Shown here one piece after another: positions 36,497-46,964 of a stretch of 64,000 nucleotides of DNA. Within the stretch, counting starts at the first letter, position 1, and the number at the start of each line of letters is the position of its first letter. The DNA is from Bacillota bacterium (GTDB lineage: Bacteria; Bacillota; Clostridia; Lachnospirales; Bianqueaceae): NCBI GenBank assembly GCA_017442735.1, contig JAFRZE010000072.1, positions 185,838 through 249,837 of the forward strand, given 5' to 3'. The notes under the pieces were generated by a model, which was not told the origin of the DNA, did not search any database, and saw only the letters and a program-made list of their open reading frames with translations. The translations under genes and the position numbers were made by a program.

Positions 36497-38806
36497 TTAC
36501 AGATCATAACTGCCTGCTTCCAGGCTGAACTTCTGTCCGTCCGGAAGAAAAACTTTTGCCAGGAGCCCTTCCGGGATCTCTATATGATATACTGCCTTCT
36601 TTTCTGTCCCGAAGGCAACTTTTTTATACTGCCAGCCGGATACGATCCTGCCTTTGGGCGAATGATATGTGGCCTTGGCATATCCGAGCGACGGGTCCGG
36701 ATGCGGCCGAATCTCTAGTTCATCATGCCGGTAGCGGATGCCGCAGACGCCTTTGATCAGCCATCCGCTGATAGCGCCGTAGCTGTAATGATTGAGCGAA
36801 TCATGGACCGTCCCGTCTTCCCGGATCCCGTCCCAGGTCTCCCAGATCGTGGTCGCTCCTTTTTCTACCGCGTAAAGCCAGCTCGGACATTCTTCCTGCA
36901 GAAGAAGACGGTAGGCCGTATCCGTATAGCCATGATCCGCCAGAACTTCCGTCAGGAAAGGAGTGGAAAGGAATCCTGTATTCAGATGATATCCGTTTTC
37001 CCTGACCTTTTCATCCAGGTCCGCGGCAGCCTGTCTTTCTTCCACAGCGTTCAGCAGACGGAAAGCGATCGGGCGGACATATTCACACTGTCGCTTACTC
37101 ACGATATGTCCATCCCTAAGTACCAGGTTCCGGTAAGCATTCCTGACCTTATAGCCAAGGTTCGTATACCGCTCTGCATCCTTCTCTTCCCCGAGGATCT
37201 CGGCGATCTTCCCAAGAAGAAGCGCGGAATGCGCGTAATAGGCGGTCGCGACTTCCGGCTGCCCGTGAAGCGAAGCCTGTTTCATGGTCTCCATGACATT
37301 CGCGCCCGGTTCGCTCCATTCACCATAGTCCATTCCTGTATCGATGATATATTTCCGGTAGGGATCTCTGCGGACCAACTCTTTGACGCGGGTCTTCTTT
37401 GCCCGTCTTTCCAGGAAGTCCACCCACTTTTTCATCATTTCATAGTTGTCACGCAGGACTTTTTCATCGCCGTAGACCTCATAGATCGCCCACGGTACCA
37501 GGATGGAAGCGTCTCCCCATCCTACGGAGGCGGAGAACATTTCACTGATCATCCCGGGCTTCCCGTTGATCGGAGCGATATAGGCCATCTTTCCGTCTTG
37601 ATGTTGGCAGAGTCGTACGTTCGCGAGCCACTTCTCCCAGACCTTCCGGCTGTTCATCAGGATCAAACCGGTCGGGGCAAATACACCCGCATCGCCGGTC
37701 CAGCCGGCCCGTTCACGGGTGGGACAGTCCGTAGGAATATCACAGAAGTTGCCTTTCATGCTCCAGATGCTGTTCTTAAACAGCCGGTTCACTTTCGGCT
37801 CGCCGCATTCAAAGAAAGCCGTCTGTTCCATATCCGAATAGACCGCGACCGCTTCTACCCGAATGTTTTCCAGTGACAGATCAGACTCGATCTTCGCGTA
37901 CCGGAAGCCGAACATGGAAAAACGCGGCTGATATACCTGGTCGCCGTCCTTGCAGATATATTCGATCTTCTGCGCGATCCCGCCGGATTTGTTCCGTTCT
38001 CCGGGCTGAAAATTCAGATTTGTGAAGTTACCGTTCTCATCCAGCGTTTCCCCATGGATCAGCGTAACGCGTTCCCCTGCCTTCGCTCCGGTGATGCGAA
38101 GCCTCGTGAATCCAGCCAGGTTCTGTCTGAAATCATAGACATATGACCCGTCCTTTGTCTTGAACAGATATCCTCCCATGATCTCCTTTTCCCGGACAGG
38201 GAGTGTATCCGTCCGGACTAGGGTATCGTATCCGAATCCGGCCTGTTTCAGGCCTTTTGCCGGCTTTGGCGCCTGTGTCAGAACGCTGGCCTTATGCCAC
38301 TTTCTGATCTCTTCTTTCCCGGCGTCATAGGTCTCGCCCAGTTCCAGGTCCGTCAGCAGGATCGGGCCGTCCATCGATCCTTCCCACGACTCATCAGTCA
38401 GACAGATCAGCGCATTTTCCGCATACATCTCCGCCAGCAGGGAAAGATCGGATCCAAAGAGATTCCTGGTCCCGTCGATTCCGTTGCATCCCCGGTACCA
38501 TCCGTCTCCGAGGATCACTTTCATCTCATTTTCACCGGCTTTCAGCAGATGCTGCACCTCATAGACCTGGTACTGCAGACGCTTGTCATATTCATCACAG
38601 CCAGGTGTAAGAACATCTTCGCTGATCTTCTGACCGTTCAGATAAGCTTCATAAAGGCCATGGGCCGTAATAAACAGTTCCGCTTTTTCCGGCACGACCT
38701 CTACCCTAAACTCTTTGCGCAGAAATCCGGCCCCTGGCCTTTGTTCAGGATCGGCCGCCTTTTCTTCCGGCGTGATCCATCGTGCTCTCCACTGATGCTT
38801 GTCCAT
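36497..38806 (-). CDS. alpha-L-rhamnosidase (GH78)
   Basis: ARWITPEE N-terminus, HGLYEAYLNGQKI, six-hairpin catalytic domain motifs; 769 aa, typical size for a bacterial GH78. Confidence 0.8.
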   Translation of the reverse strand: MDKHQWRARWITPEEKAADPEQRPGAGFLRKEFRVEVVPEKAELFITAHGLYEAYLNGQKISEDVLTPGCDEYDKRLQYQVYEVQHLLKAGENEMKVILGDGWYRGCNGIDGTRNLFGSDLSLLAEMYAENALICLTDESWEGSMDGPILLTDLELGETYDAGKEEIRKWHKASVLTQAPKPAKGLKQAGFGYDTLVRTDTLPVREKEIMGGYLFKTKDGSYVYDFRQNLAGFTRLRITGAKAGERVTLIHGETLDENGNFTNLNFQPGERNKSGGIAQKIEYICKDGDQVYQPRFSMFGFRYAKIESDLSLENIRVEAVAVYSDMEQTAFFECGEPKVNRLFKNSIWSMKGNFCDIPTDCPTRERAGWTGDAGVFAPTGLILMNSRKVWEKWLANVRLCQHQDGKMAYIAPINGKPGMISEMFSASVGWGDASILVPWAIYEVYGDEKVLRDNYEMMKKWVDFLERRAKKTRVKELVRRDPYRKYIIDTGMDYGEWSEPGANVMETMKQASLHGQPEVATAYYAHSALLLGKIAEILGEEKDAERYTNLGYKVRNAYRNLVLRDGHIVSKRQCEYVRPIAFRLLNAVEERQAAADLDEKVRENGYHLNTGFLSTPFLTEVLADHGYTDTAYRLLLQEECPSWLYAVEKGATTIWETWDGIREDGTVHDSLNHYSYGAISGWLIKGVCGIRYRHDELEIRPHPDPSLGYAKATYHSPKGRIVSGWQYKKVAFGTEKKAVYHIEIPEGLLAKVFLPDGQKFSLEAGSYDL

Positions 38807-38808
38807 CT

Positions 38809-39657
38809 TCAGATCCTTTCATTCAGCCACTGCCCGCTGATTTCCATACTTTTCAGCGGAGACTTTTCGATCCAGTTTCTGTGTGTCTCCAGGACAGCCG
38901 CCTGTACATCAAGGCTCTTTGCCATCTCCAGAAGCTTCTCCAGCGGCATATTGCCACAACCCAGCTCGACGGAATCTGACTTGATGATCGGCGTCATGAC
39001 CTGCCCGCTGATCCGGCTGCCGCGATCCGTTACATGCCAGAGTGTTACTCGTTTTCCGACTTTTTCCATCAGCCGGACGACATCTATCCCTGCTTCGGCC
39101 GGCCAGTAGGTATCCAGTTCAAAACTAACAAGATCCGGATCCGTATTCGCCAGGATATAGTCATAGGCGGTAAGGTCCTGCCCTTTGATCTTCAGAAACT
39201 CCACATTATGATTGTGATACAGAAGGCTGATTCCCTCTTCCAGAAGCGCTTTGCCGACTGTATTCAGATCATCACAGAGCCCTTGGAGCGTGGTTTCACT
39301 GGTATAATCAAATCGGTACATGCCTGTGATCACGATCCATTCCGTTCCGAAGGATTTCGCTTCTTCCGCCGCTTTCTTCGGGTCTCGTTTCAAAGATCCC
39401 AGATCATAGTGAAGGCTGATCACACTAAGACCTGCTTCGTTTACCAGTTTTTTCCAGTCATAATTCCCGCCCTTACCGGTCGGCATACCGGCCAGTTTTG
39501 TCAGGACACGTACCAGAAAGGAAGTCGGATGGATCTGAAAGCTGTTCAGTTCGATCCCGTCATATCCGGCCGCTTTGATCTTCTTTAATGTCTCTAACGC
39601 AGTCTGCTCGGAACCTGTCACGGTCCCGAGCATGATCTGTTGGATTCCTTTTTTCAT
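38809..39657 (-). CDS. Xylose-isomerase-like TIM-barrel protein (sugar phosphate isomerase/epimerase family) embedded in the glycosidase operon
   Basis: 282 aa; GYDGIELNSF and HNHNVEF metal-site-like motifs. Translationally coupled to GH2 upstream (ATGA) and to GH78 downstream (2-nt gap). Confidence 0.7.
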   Translation of the reverse strand: MKKGIQQIMLGTVTGSEQTALETLKKIKAAGYDGIELNSFQIHPTSFLVRVLTKLAGMPTGKGGNYDWKKLVNEAGLSVISLHYDLGSLKRDPKKAAEEAKSFGTEWIVITGMYRFDYTSETTLQGLCDDLNTVGKALLEEGISLLYHNHNVEFLKIKGQDLTAYDYILANTDPDLVSFELDTYWPAEAGIDVVRLMEKVGKRVTLWHVTDRGSRISGQVMTPIIKSDSVELGCGNMPLEKLLEMAKSLDVQAAVLETHRNWIEKSPLKSMEISGQWLNERI

Positions 39658-41867
39658 TTTTTGATTCCCTGCAGAACTCTGTTGAGTCCTTTGATACTTT
39701 CCTCATCCGCGCCGGCCTGTTTGAGCAGGCTGAGCATGGTCATACGTGCCAGCATACGCTGCAGCGCCGGATTATCCTTCACACTGTCCGCGACATCTCC
39801 GCGGGAAGCCGATGATTTTGCCATCATAGCTTCCACGACTGCTCCGGCCTGCGGATGTGCCCGCAGTTCTCCGAGAGTATCCTGCACGGAGAAGGCTTCC
39901 GGATCAAAATCCGCGTCGAACCAGTTCACGACCTGTGAAGACTTATTGTAGATATAATCGGGATTCGGTTCAGAGGCTTTCCGTACGGTGATTTCATCAG
40001 ACAGATCTTTGCTGACTGCTTTGATCGTATGTTCGCCAAAGATCGGTACGGTAAACTCGAAGACTTTGCTTCCGCTCTTCTTTTCGAATAGTTTTCCGTC
40101 CACATAGAGTGCCACTTCCGACTGATTGGAATAGACCTTGATTTTCGTTTCATTTTCCGCACGGTCCGTATAGCGGCTTCCGCACAGGTGGACGAACGGC
40201 TCGGTCCTGTTCCAGTAGGCTTTATACAGGTAGAAAGCATCCTTCCGGATCTTCCGGTCAAAGGTCACCAGACCTTTCTGGTTCTCGCCGTGCTTGCCAC
40301 CCTCATCCCGTCCGTCAGCCGCGAAGTCGAACATGTTCCAGACATGGGTCGCCCACAGCCACGGCCTCTCTTCGATCATTCGCAGGATATGCTCATGGTA
40401 GACACATTCATATTCTTCCGTGTAATCGCCGCGTTCCGGGCGGGAGGAATGGAAGGCAACATTCGTATCGGCGCCATATTCCGAAAAGCCGATCGCGCGG
40501 TCCGGATATTTCGCGTGGTACTCATCAAAGAACTCGTCATTCTGATCAAGTTCCCCGAGATACCAGCCGAAGTACAGATTGTAGCTGTTCACATCCGGAA
40601 TCTCCAGGATGGGACTGTCGATCTCCAGCATAAACACGTTTGCCATCGTGGTGGGCCGGGTCGGATCCAGACGGTGGCAAAGATCATTCAGCATCCGGTG
40701 GTTATCGAGCAGTTCTTCATTTACGCTGCTGGCAGCCGTGATCTCGTTCGAAAGACCCCAGACCGCGATCGACGGATGGTTGTAGTTCTGTACGATCAGC
40801 TCTTCCATCTGAGAAAGTGTATTCTCGGTGCCGCCGGACATATGCATGGTGATGTACGGGATCTCCGCCCATACGACCATACCCGTCTCATCGCACAGAT
40901 CGTAGAACTCCTGCGCATGCTGGTAGTGGGCCAGACGGATCGTATTCGCTCCGACTTCCCGGATCAGGGCCATGTCTTCCTGATGCTCTTTCAGGCTGAG
41001 TGCGTTGCCGAGTCCCTTACGGTCCTGATGACGGCTCACCCCACGCAGCGGATAGGCTCTTCCATTCAGGAAAAAGCCTTCGCTGTTGATCTCGTAGCTG
41101 CGGCAGCCATAACGGGATGCGATCTCATCGCCGGAGCTTAATGTGACTTTCATCGTGTAAAGATACGGATCTTCGATCCCATCCCACAGGTGGACCGGAT
41201 CCAGATGGAACTGGGCTGTGGCAAAGCCGTCCCCTACCCGGATCGTCTCGCTCTGGCCGGCAGTCTCAAAGGTCGCGTATACGGTCTCATCGCCCTTGTT
41301 TTCCACGTACGCAGTCACCATCACATCACAGGTCTGCTTTTCCAGATCCACTCTGGGTGTGATCCGAAGGCCGCTGGTCCCCATATAGCCCAGTGCAAAA
41401 TGCACGGCCGGGACCTTGATCAGCCGGACGCTCCGGTAGATGCCTCCATAAAAGGTGAAGTCCGCCTTCTGGGGATAGACTGTCTGGTTATCTTCGTTGG
41501 ACACAGCTACCGAAAGCATATGCGCCGCTCCGTCCGCGAAACGGGTCATGTCCGCACGGAACCGGCTGTAACCGCCTTCATGGCGCAGGATCTTCTCTCC
41601 GTCTAAATATAGGTCGCAGCTCATCGCCACGCCGTCGAACTCGAGATAAACTCTGCCGCCTTCTTCCGCAGGCGCCAGGTCTTCCGCGGTCAGTTCACGC
41701 ACGTACCAGCAGATGCCGCGGTAGTAATCATTGCCGCCGTCCTGTCCGTCGACAGCGTTCCAGGTATGCGGAAGGTCCACCGGCTGGGCCTCAATCACTG
41801 CTTCTTTAATCGAAGCGGCGGTCTTTTCAAACCGCCACCCCTGATTCAGATCAAAAATTTTACGCAT
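39654..41867 (-). CDS. Glycoside hydrolase family 2 (beta-galactosidase/beta-glucuronidase-like)
   Basis: Sugar-binding N-terminus DLPHTWN, acid/base WGLSNEI, nucleophile GFSEYGAD; 737 aa. Overlaps the transporter gene by 8 nt. Confidence 0.75.
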   Translation of the reverse strand: MRKIFDLNQGWRFEKTAASIKEAVIEAQPVDLPHTWNAVDGQDGGNDYYRGICWYVRELTAEDLAPAEEGGRVYLEFDGVAMSCDLYLDGEKILRHEGGYSRFRADMTRFADGAAHMLSVAVSNEDNQTVYPQKADFTFYGGIYRSVRLIKVPAVHFALGYMGTSGLRITPRVDLEKQTCDVMVTAYVENKGDETVYATFETAGQSETIRVGDGFATAQFHLDPVHLWDGIEDPYLYTMKVTLSSGDEIASRYGCRSYEINSEGFFLNGRAYPLRGVSRHQDRKGLGNALSLKEHQEDMALIREVGANTIRLAHYQHAQEFYDLCDETGMVVWAEIPYITMHMSGGTENTLSQMEELIVQNYNHPSIAVWGLSNEITAASSVNEELLDNHRMLNDLCHRLDPTRPTTMANVFMLEIDSPILEIPDVNSYNLYFGWYLGELDQNDEFFDEYHAKYPDRAIGFSEYGADTNVAFHSSRPERGDYTEEYECVYHEHILRMIEERPWLWATHVWNMFDFAADGRDEGGKHGENQKGLVTFDRKIRKDAFYLYKAYWNRTEPFVHLCGSRYTDRAENETKIKVYSNQSEVALYVDGKLFEKKSGSKVFEFTVPIFGEHTIKAVSKDLSDEITVRKASEPNPDYIYNKSSQVVNWFDADFDPEAFSVQDTLGELRAHPQAGAVVEAMMAKSSASRGDVADSVKDNPALQRMLARMTMLSLLKQAGADEESIKGLNRVLQGIKK

Positions 41868-43386
41868 TCGCTTCTGCCTCTTTCAATTCCTTCTTTTTCT
41901 CTTCGATCCGTTTCTGGACTTCGACCATTTCCGCCTTATCCAGTTTGCAGCTTCTCATGGCCCACAGGGTGCAGATCCATCCAAGGATCGCCAGGCCGTA
42001 GCGCAGGAACATGGATACCCAGAAAATGCTTCCGGTCGGGGTGTCGCCAGGCTGAGGCAGGGTCTCGGTATAACCGATCAAAGCTACACAGCCGGTCGCG
42101 ATCAGCGCGGAGAAAGAAGAAACGATCTTGTCTACCAGTGAATAGGTGCCGGATACGACAGCCGGGATATACTTGCCGGAACGATCCAGTTCGTAGTCGA
42201 TGACATCAGCCATGAAAGCAGCGCCCGCCGTGGTGCCGGCCATCATGAATCCGTTGCCGACCAGCGTCAGCAGGATGTACAGGATCATAGTGATTCCAAA
42301 ACTTGCAATGGTATGAGTGCCGACAGTATACCATACGACCGCAAAGAACGCAATCATGGCAAGATTGGCGAAGATACAGTTCCTGGCCCAGGTCACGATG
42401 GATTCCTTGTTGCCGTGTTTACCGCAGTAGCGCGCACCGATGATGGCAAAGATGATGGAAGGCAGCATACCGCCCACAGAAAGGTAGGTTGCGATGGTCA
42501 TATTGCCGATCAGGATACCGGAAAGCATGGTGCCCACGATGGCGGCGCCGCCGGCCTGCTGGGCGATCTTGTCGGAAGAAGCCGCGATGATGTAGGACTG
42601 CAGGGGTTTGTTCTTGGAAAGGACGTTCCACATATCCTTGAATTTCAGGCGCTCGTTTGCTTTATTGGTGCCCTTGAAGTTTTCCGGTTTATCATACTGG
42701 GAAACACCGATGCAGCAGAGGATCACGCCCAGAAGGGAAACGACCACGGTCACTGTCGCGGCAGCCGTCAGATAGGCCTGGGAGTAGTTCACGGAGTAGC
42801 CGCCGGCTTCCGTCATGACGATCTGTCCATATTTGGGCAGAAGGACCGTATTCAGGATGATCGTAAAGGCCATGGGAACGATATAGTTAAAGACTGTATT
42901 CCATACGCCGACGGTAGGACGCTGTTTGGGGTCATTAGTGATCAGCGGGCCGATCGTCTGCGCTGTCATATTGACGATCGTATAACCGATGACGTACAGC
43001 ATGTAGGTAGCCAGGAACATCCCGATCCCAAATCCTTTGCTGGCAGCCCAGGAGAACATCAGCATGATGCCAAGCGACTGGACAGCCCAGCCAAGAAGCA
43101 TCAGAGGACGGATCTTTCCAAAGCGGGTATTCACCCGGTCATACAGGAATGCAAGCAGCGGGTCAGTGATCGCGTCAAAGACACGGGTAAAGGTCAGCAG
43201 ACCTCCGACGATCAGGGTGGAAATGCCAAAGCCGATGCTGGCAGCGTAGGAAGCCTGGCCGATCAGCGTGTAGATCGCCATACCGTTCAGGGCATTCATC
43301 GCAACGAGGATGATCTGCCAGAGTTTCGCGCGGCGGTATTCAACACCGTCGATCTGGGACTGAGTAAGTTTGGGTTCTTTCGCCAT
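41860..43386 (-). CDS. MFS transporter, glycoside-pentoside-hexuronide (GPH):cation symporter family
   Basis: 12 TM helices. Long hydrophilic C-terminal coiled segment, as in some GPH members. RBS GAGGAGAAAA. Confidence 0.75.
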   Translation of the reverse strand: MAKEPKLTQSQIDGVEYRRAKLWQIILVAMNALNGMAIYTLIGQASYAASIGFGISTLIVGGLLTFTRVFDAITDPLLAFLYDRVNTRFGKIRPLMLLGWAVQSLGIMLMFSWAASKGFGIGMFLATYMLYVIGYTIVNMTAQTIGPLITNDPKQRPTVGVWNTVFNYIVPMAFTIILNTVLLPKYGQIVMTEAGGYSVNYSQAYLTAAATVTVVVSLLGVILCCIGVSQYDKPENFKGTNKANERLKFKDMWNVLSKNKPLQSYIIAASSDKIAQQAGGAAIVGTMLSGILIGNMTIATYLSVGGMLPSIIFAIIGARYCGKHGNKESIVTWARNCIFANLAMIAFFAVVWYTVGTHTIASFGITMILYILLTLVGNGFMMAGTTAGAAFMADVIDYELDRSGKYIPAVVSGTYSLVDKIVSSFSALIATGCVALIGYTETLPQPGDTPTGSIFWVSMFLRYGLAILGWICTLWAMRSCKLDKAEMVEVQKRIEEKKKELKEAEANA

Positions 43387-43507
43387 GATGTTTTCTCCTC
43401 TTAAAATAGATCACATGAGTAGTAACGGTTTTATTGAGTCCATTATAAAACGTCCTTCTTTTCTATTCGTCCTGTAATTCGCTTTTTTATCCATTTTTTT
43501 CATGCGC

Positions 43508-43536
43508 TTTACAATCATAAGGAATTCGCGTATAAT
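43508..43536 (+). promoter_or_regulatory. Promoter TTTACA-17-TATAAT for the AraC regulator, in a divergent control region
   Basis: TTTACA at 43508-43513, 17-nt spacer, TATAAT at 43531-43536; the ATG is at 43567. Confidence 0.55.
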
Positions 43537-43566
43537 ATCTTTAATAACAGGACAAGGAGAATTGTC

Positions 43567-44796
43567 ATGACAGACCGGGTAAAACTCTTTTTCGAGATGG
43601 TCCGCTGCATCTATCCCATCCATTTCTGGGAATACGATGCAGACCTTTCTCTGCAGACTGCCGATTCCCAGGCGGAACAGTTCGGATCCGATATCATCCG
43701 GCTTCTTTCTATTTCTGATGTACTTAAGCAGCAGTTATTGTCTCAAAAGCGTTGTCCATTTCTACTCGAAACCGGGTACGGGGTTTTATTTCTTTGCGAG
43801 GTCTCCTATGAAGGATCAACCCCGGAAGGCCTGTATCTGTTCGGTGGTTTATATACGGGAAGCACTTCCAACCTGATGATACAACAGAGACTGGCGAACG
43901 CGCCCATCATGGGACGGCTTCGGCAGGAAGTCCTGACCGCGATGCAGCAGCTTCCGATCATTCCAACTTCCACCCTGCTCCAATACGCGGTCATGCTGCA
44001 CTACGCTCTTACCGGAGAAACGATCTCGACTGCTGACATCCTGTCAGTCAGCAGCATGGATGAATCTGCTTTTCCTGATCCAGCTTCTTCATCCCATTTT
44101 CAGGATACCCGCGGCACAGATTCCCATTTTGGCGTATGGGAGTCGGAAAAAGCGCTCCTCCGGATGATCCGAGAGGGAAATCGGGATTATCGAAAAGCTC
44201 TGTCCCGATCCATGAGCCTCAGCTCCGGTGTCCGGGCCGATACAGGTGATCCTGTCCGGCATTCGAAGAATAACAGTCTCACTTTACTGACCCTGGTCGT
44301 ACGCGCAGCGATCGAAGGAGGCTTAAGTCCCGAGATCGCCTATTCCCTGAACGACCACTATGCTGCCATGATCGAGCACGCTCGTTCCATCTCCGCGGTC
44401 ACGATGCTTTCCGGGCAGCTGCTGGATGATTTCATAGAAAGAGTCCATGACGTCCGGGACCGTTCCGGTACCTCCTCCAGCATCCAGAATGCCTGTCACT
44501 ATATCGACACCCATCTTTCCGAACCGCTCACCATCCATGACCTGGCTTCCCAGGCCGGTTATGCCGACTACTATTTCTCCCAGAAATTCAAAAATGAGAC
44601 AGGGCAGACCGTCAGCGAATACCTTTGTGACAAGCGGATCGAAAAAGCGATGGAACTGCTTCGCGATCCGGCAATCGACCTTTCTGACGTCCAGGAAATG
44701 GTAGGGTTCCAGAGCCGAAGCCGTTTCTATGATCTCTTCAAGCAAAAGACGGGGCTTTCGCCCGCTCAGTACCGCGCAAGACCTGTACTGTTTTGA
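43567..44796 (+). CDS. AraC family transcriptional regulator, probable regulator of the divergent glycosidase operon
   Basis: C-terminal AraC HTH (LTIHDLASQAGYADYYFSQKFKNETGQTVSEY...SRFYDLFKQKTGLSPAQYR) with a roughly 300-aa N-terminal sensor domain. RBS AAGGAGAA. Confidence 0.8.
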   Translation: MTDRVKLFFEMVRCIYPIHFWEYDADLSLQTADSQAEQFGSDIIRLLSISDVLKQQLLSQKRCPFLLETGYGVLFLCEVSYEGSTPEGLYLFGGLYTGSTSNLMIQQRLANAPIMGRLRQEVLTAMQQLPIIPTSTLLQYAVMLHYALTGETISTADILSVSSMDESAFPDPASSSHFQDTRGTDSHFGVWESEKALLRMIREGNRDYRKALSRSMSLSSGVRADTGDPVRHSKNNSLTLLTLVVRAAIEGGLSPEIAYSLNDHYAAMIEHARSISAVTMLSGQLLDDFIERVHDVRDRSGTSSSIQNACHYIDTHLSEPLTIHDLASQAGYADYYFSQKFKNETGQTVSEYLCDKRIEKAMELLRDPAIDLSDVQEMVGFQSRSRFYDLFKQKTGLSPAQYRARPVLF

Positions 44797-44870
44797 TTGC
44801 AAAAACCATTCCTGCGTGATACAATCAATTCTAATATTAGTTATACGTGACAGAAAGGATCCTCCGGATC

Positions 44871-45494
44871 ATGGCAAAACTGTATTTCAAATTTGGAGCG
44901 ATGGGCTCATCCAAGACAGCTCAGGCGCTGATGACCAAATTCAATTATGAAGAAAAAGGCAAAAGCGTCCTGCTGATCAAGCCTGCGACCGACACCCGTG
45001 ACGATACCGTGGATGAAAGCGGCAATATCCATACGGTCGTTCGTTCGAGGATCGGTCTTTTCCAGGAAGCCCTTGCTGTAGGCCCGTCTGTTGATATCCG
45101 CGAGTTCTATCATCGGCAAAATGAACAGGATCATCTGGACGTAGTCATCTGCGACGAGTGTCAGTTTCTGACGCCCGAGCAGGTCAGCCAGATGAAGGAT
45201 CTCGCCGATCTGGACGATGTACCGGTGCTCTGCTTCGGGCTTCGCGCGGATTTCCAGACAAAACTTTTTCCCGGATCCAAGCGGTTATTTGAGATCGCGG
45301 ATTCCATTACGGAAATCAAATCGGTCTGCCGCTGCGGAAGAAAAGCGACTGTCAACGCCCGTTTCGACGATAACGGACAGATCATCGTCGAAGGCGCGCA
45401 GGTCGTTCTTGGCGGCAATGACCGCTATGAAGGTCTGTGCTACAACTGCTATCGTAAACTGATCCGTGAAAGCGGACAAAAACTTATTTATTAA
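44871..45494 (+). CDS. tdk: Thymidine kinase
   Basis: P-loop [15 protein letters not shown]-terminal zinc ribbon CRCGRKA...CYNCY. Start at MAKLYF (RBS GAAAGGA) rather than the upstream GTG. Confidence 0.9.
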   Translation: MAKLYFKFGAMGSSKTAQALMTKFNYEEKGKSVLLIKPATDTRDDTVDESGNIHTVVRSRIGLFQEALAVGPSVDIREFYHRQNEQDHLDVVICDECQFLTPEQVSQMKDLADLDDVPVLCFGLRADFQTKLFPGSKRLFEIADSITEIKSVCRCGRKATVNARFDDNGQIIVEGAQVVLGGNDRYEGLCYNCYRKLIRESGQKLIY

Positions 45495-45508
45495 TATCCA
45501 AGGAGGTC

Positions 45509-46180
45509 ATGATGGAACTGAAAGAGATTCTCTCAAAAGTCGACCATACCCTGCTCTCCCAATCCGCGACCTGGGATGATATCCGGGCAATCGTCGACGA
45601 CGGCATCAAGTATGAAACGGCTTCGGTCTGTATCCCTGCATCCTATGTGAAACAGGCAGCCGAATACGCGAACGGACGTGTCAAGATCTGCACGGTCATC
45701 GGATTCCCGAACGGCTATTCCACCACGCCTGTCAAGGTATTTGAGGCGGCAGACGCTATTCGGAACGGAGCTGACGAAGTCGATATGGTCATCAATATCG
45801 GCTGGCTGAAAGACAAACGCTATGAAGATCTCCTGAATGAGATCCGTGATATCAAAGCCGCCTGTGAAGATCATATCCTGAAGGTCATTATCGAGACCTG
45901 CCTGCTGACGGAAGAAGAAAAGATCAAAATGTGCGAGATCGTCTCCGCTTCCGGCGCAGACTATATCAAAACTTCCACCGGATTCTCCACCGCCGGCGCG
46001 ACCAAGGAAGATGTCGCCCTGTTCGCGAAATACGTCGCTCCGCATGTGAAGATCAAAGCGGCCGGCGGCATCAGTTCGCTGCAGGATGCGGAAGACTTCG
46101 TCAATCTGGGTGCTTCCCGCCTTGGGACCAGCCGCATCGTGAAGATCGTCAAGGGTCTGGATACCGGATCCGGATATTAA
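45509..46180 (+). CDS. deoC: Deoxyribose-phosphate aldolase
   Basis: VDHTLLS, Schiff-base lysine region YIKTSTGF; 223 aa. RBS AAGGAGGT. Confidence 0.9.
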   Translation: MMELKEILSKVDHTLLSQSATWDDIRAIVDDGIKYETASVCIPASYVKQAAEYANGRVKICTVIGFPNGYSTTPVKVFEAADAIRNGADEVDMVINIGWLKDKRYEDLLNEIRDIKAACEDHILKVIIETCLLTEEEKIKMCEIVSASGADYIKTSTGFSTAGATKEDVALFAKYVAPHVKIKAAGGISSLQDAEDFVNLGASRLGTSRIVKIVKGLDTGSGY

Positions 46181-46199
46181 TGAGGAGGTAATCAATTCC

Positions 46200-46964
46200 A
46201 TGGCTAATCTTTATCCTACTCCCCACATCAACGCAAAACCGGAAGACTTTGCCAGAACTGTCCTGATGCCGGGCGACCCGCTCCGCGCCAAGTTTATTGC
46301 CGAGACTTTCCTGGAGAACCCGGTCCTTGTGAATAATGTCCGCGGCGTCAACGGCTATACCGGCACCTTTGAAGGCGCCCGCGTGACTGTCATGGCCAGC
46401 GGAATGGGCATTCCTTCGATCGGCATCTATTCCTATGAACTTTTCAATTTCTTCGGTGTGGAAAATATCATCCGCATCGGTTCTGCCGGCGCGCTGGACC
46501 TGGGCATCCATGTCCGTGACCTGGTCTTCGGTATGGGCGCCTGCACAAACAGCAACTATGCCCACCAGTTCCACCTGCCCGGCGCCTTTGCCCCGATCTG
46601 TGATTTCGACCTCCTGAAGACTTCCACCAGGATCGCGGAAGAACTCGGACTTCGCTTCCATGTGGGTAACCTGCTTTCTGCCGATACCTTCTACGGCGAC
46701 GATCTTGGCATCCCTGAGGCCATGCAGGCCAATGCCGCCTGGGCCAAGATGGGTGTCATGGCAGCTGAGATGGAAGCTGCGGGCCTTTATATGAATGCAG
46801 CCCGCGCGAACAAACCCGACGCACCTCGCCGCGCGCTCGCGATCTGCACCATCTCCGACCACATCCTGACCGGAGAAGCCACGACTGCGGAAGAACGCCA
46901 GAACACTTTCACCGATATGATGAAAGTCGCTCTGCGTACCGCCAAGGAGTTTGACCATGAGTAA
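46200..46964 (+). CDS. deoD: Purine nucleoside phosphorylase (DeoD-type, PNP/UDP family 1)
   Basis: TPHINA...VLMPGDPLRAKFIAETFLE...VNNVRG...GMGIPS closely follows the E. coli DeoD pattern. Confidence 0.9.
   Translation: MANLYPTPHINAKPEDFARTVLMPGDPLRAKFIAETFLENPVLVNNVRGVNGYTGTFEGARVTVMASGMGIPSIGIYSYELFNFFGVENIIRIGSAGALDLGIHVRDLVFGMGACTNSNYAHQFHLPGAFAPICDFDLLKTSTRIAEELGLRFHVGNLLSADTFYGDDLGIPEAMQANAAWAKMGVMAAEMEAAGLYMNAARANKPDAPRRALAICTISDHILTGEATTAEERQNTFTDMMKVALRTAKEFDHE

Noticed and set aside
43411-43623. 70-aa ORF in the divergent promoter region overlapping the AraC start
   Set aside because: It overlaps promoter elements and the regulator's RBS and has no RBS of its own. Likely spurious.
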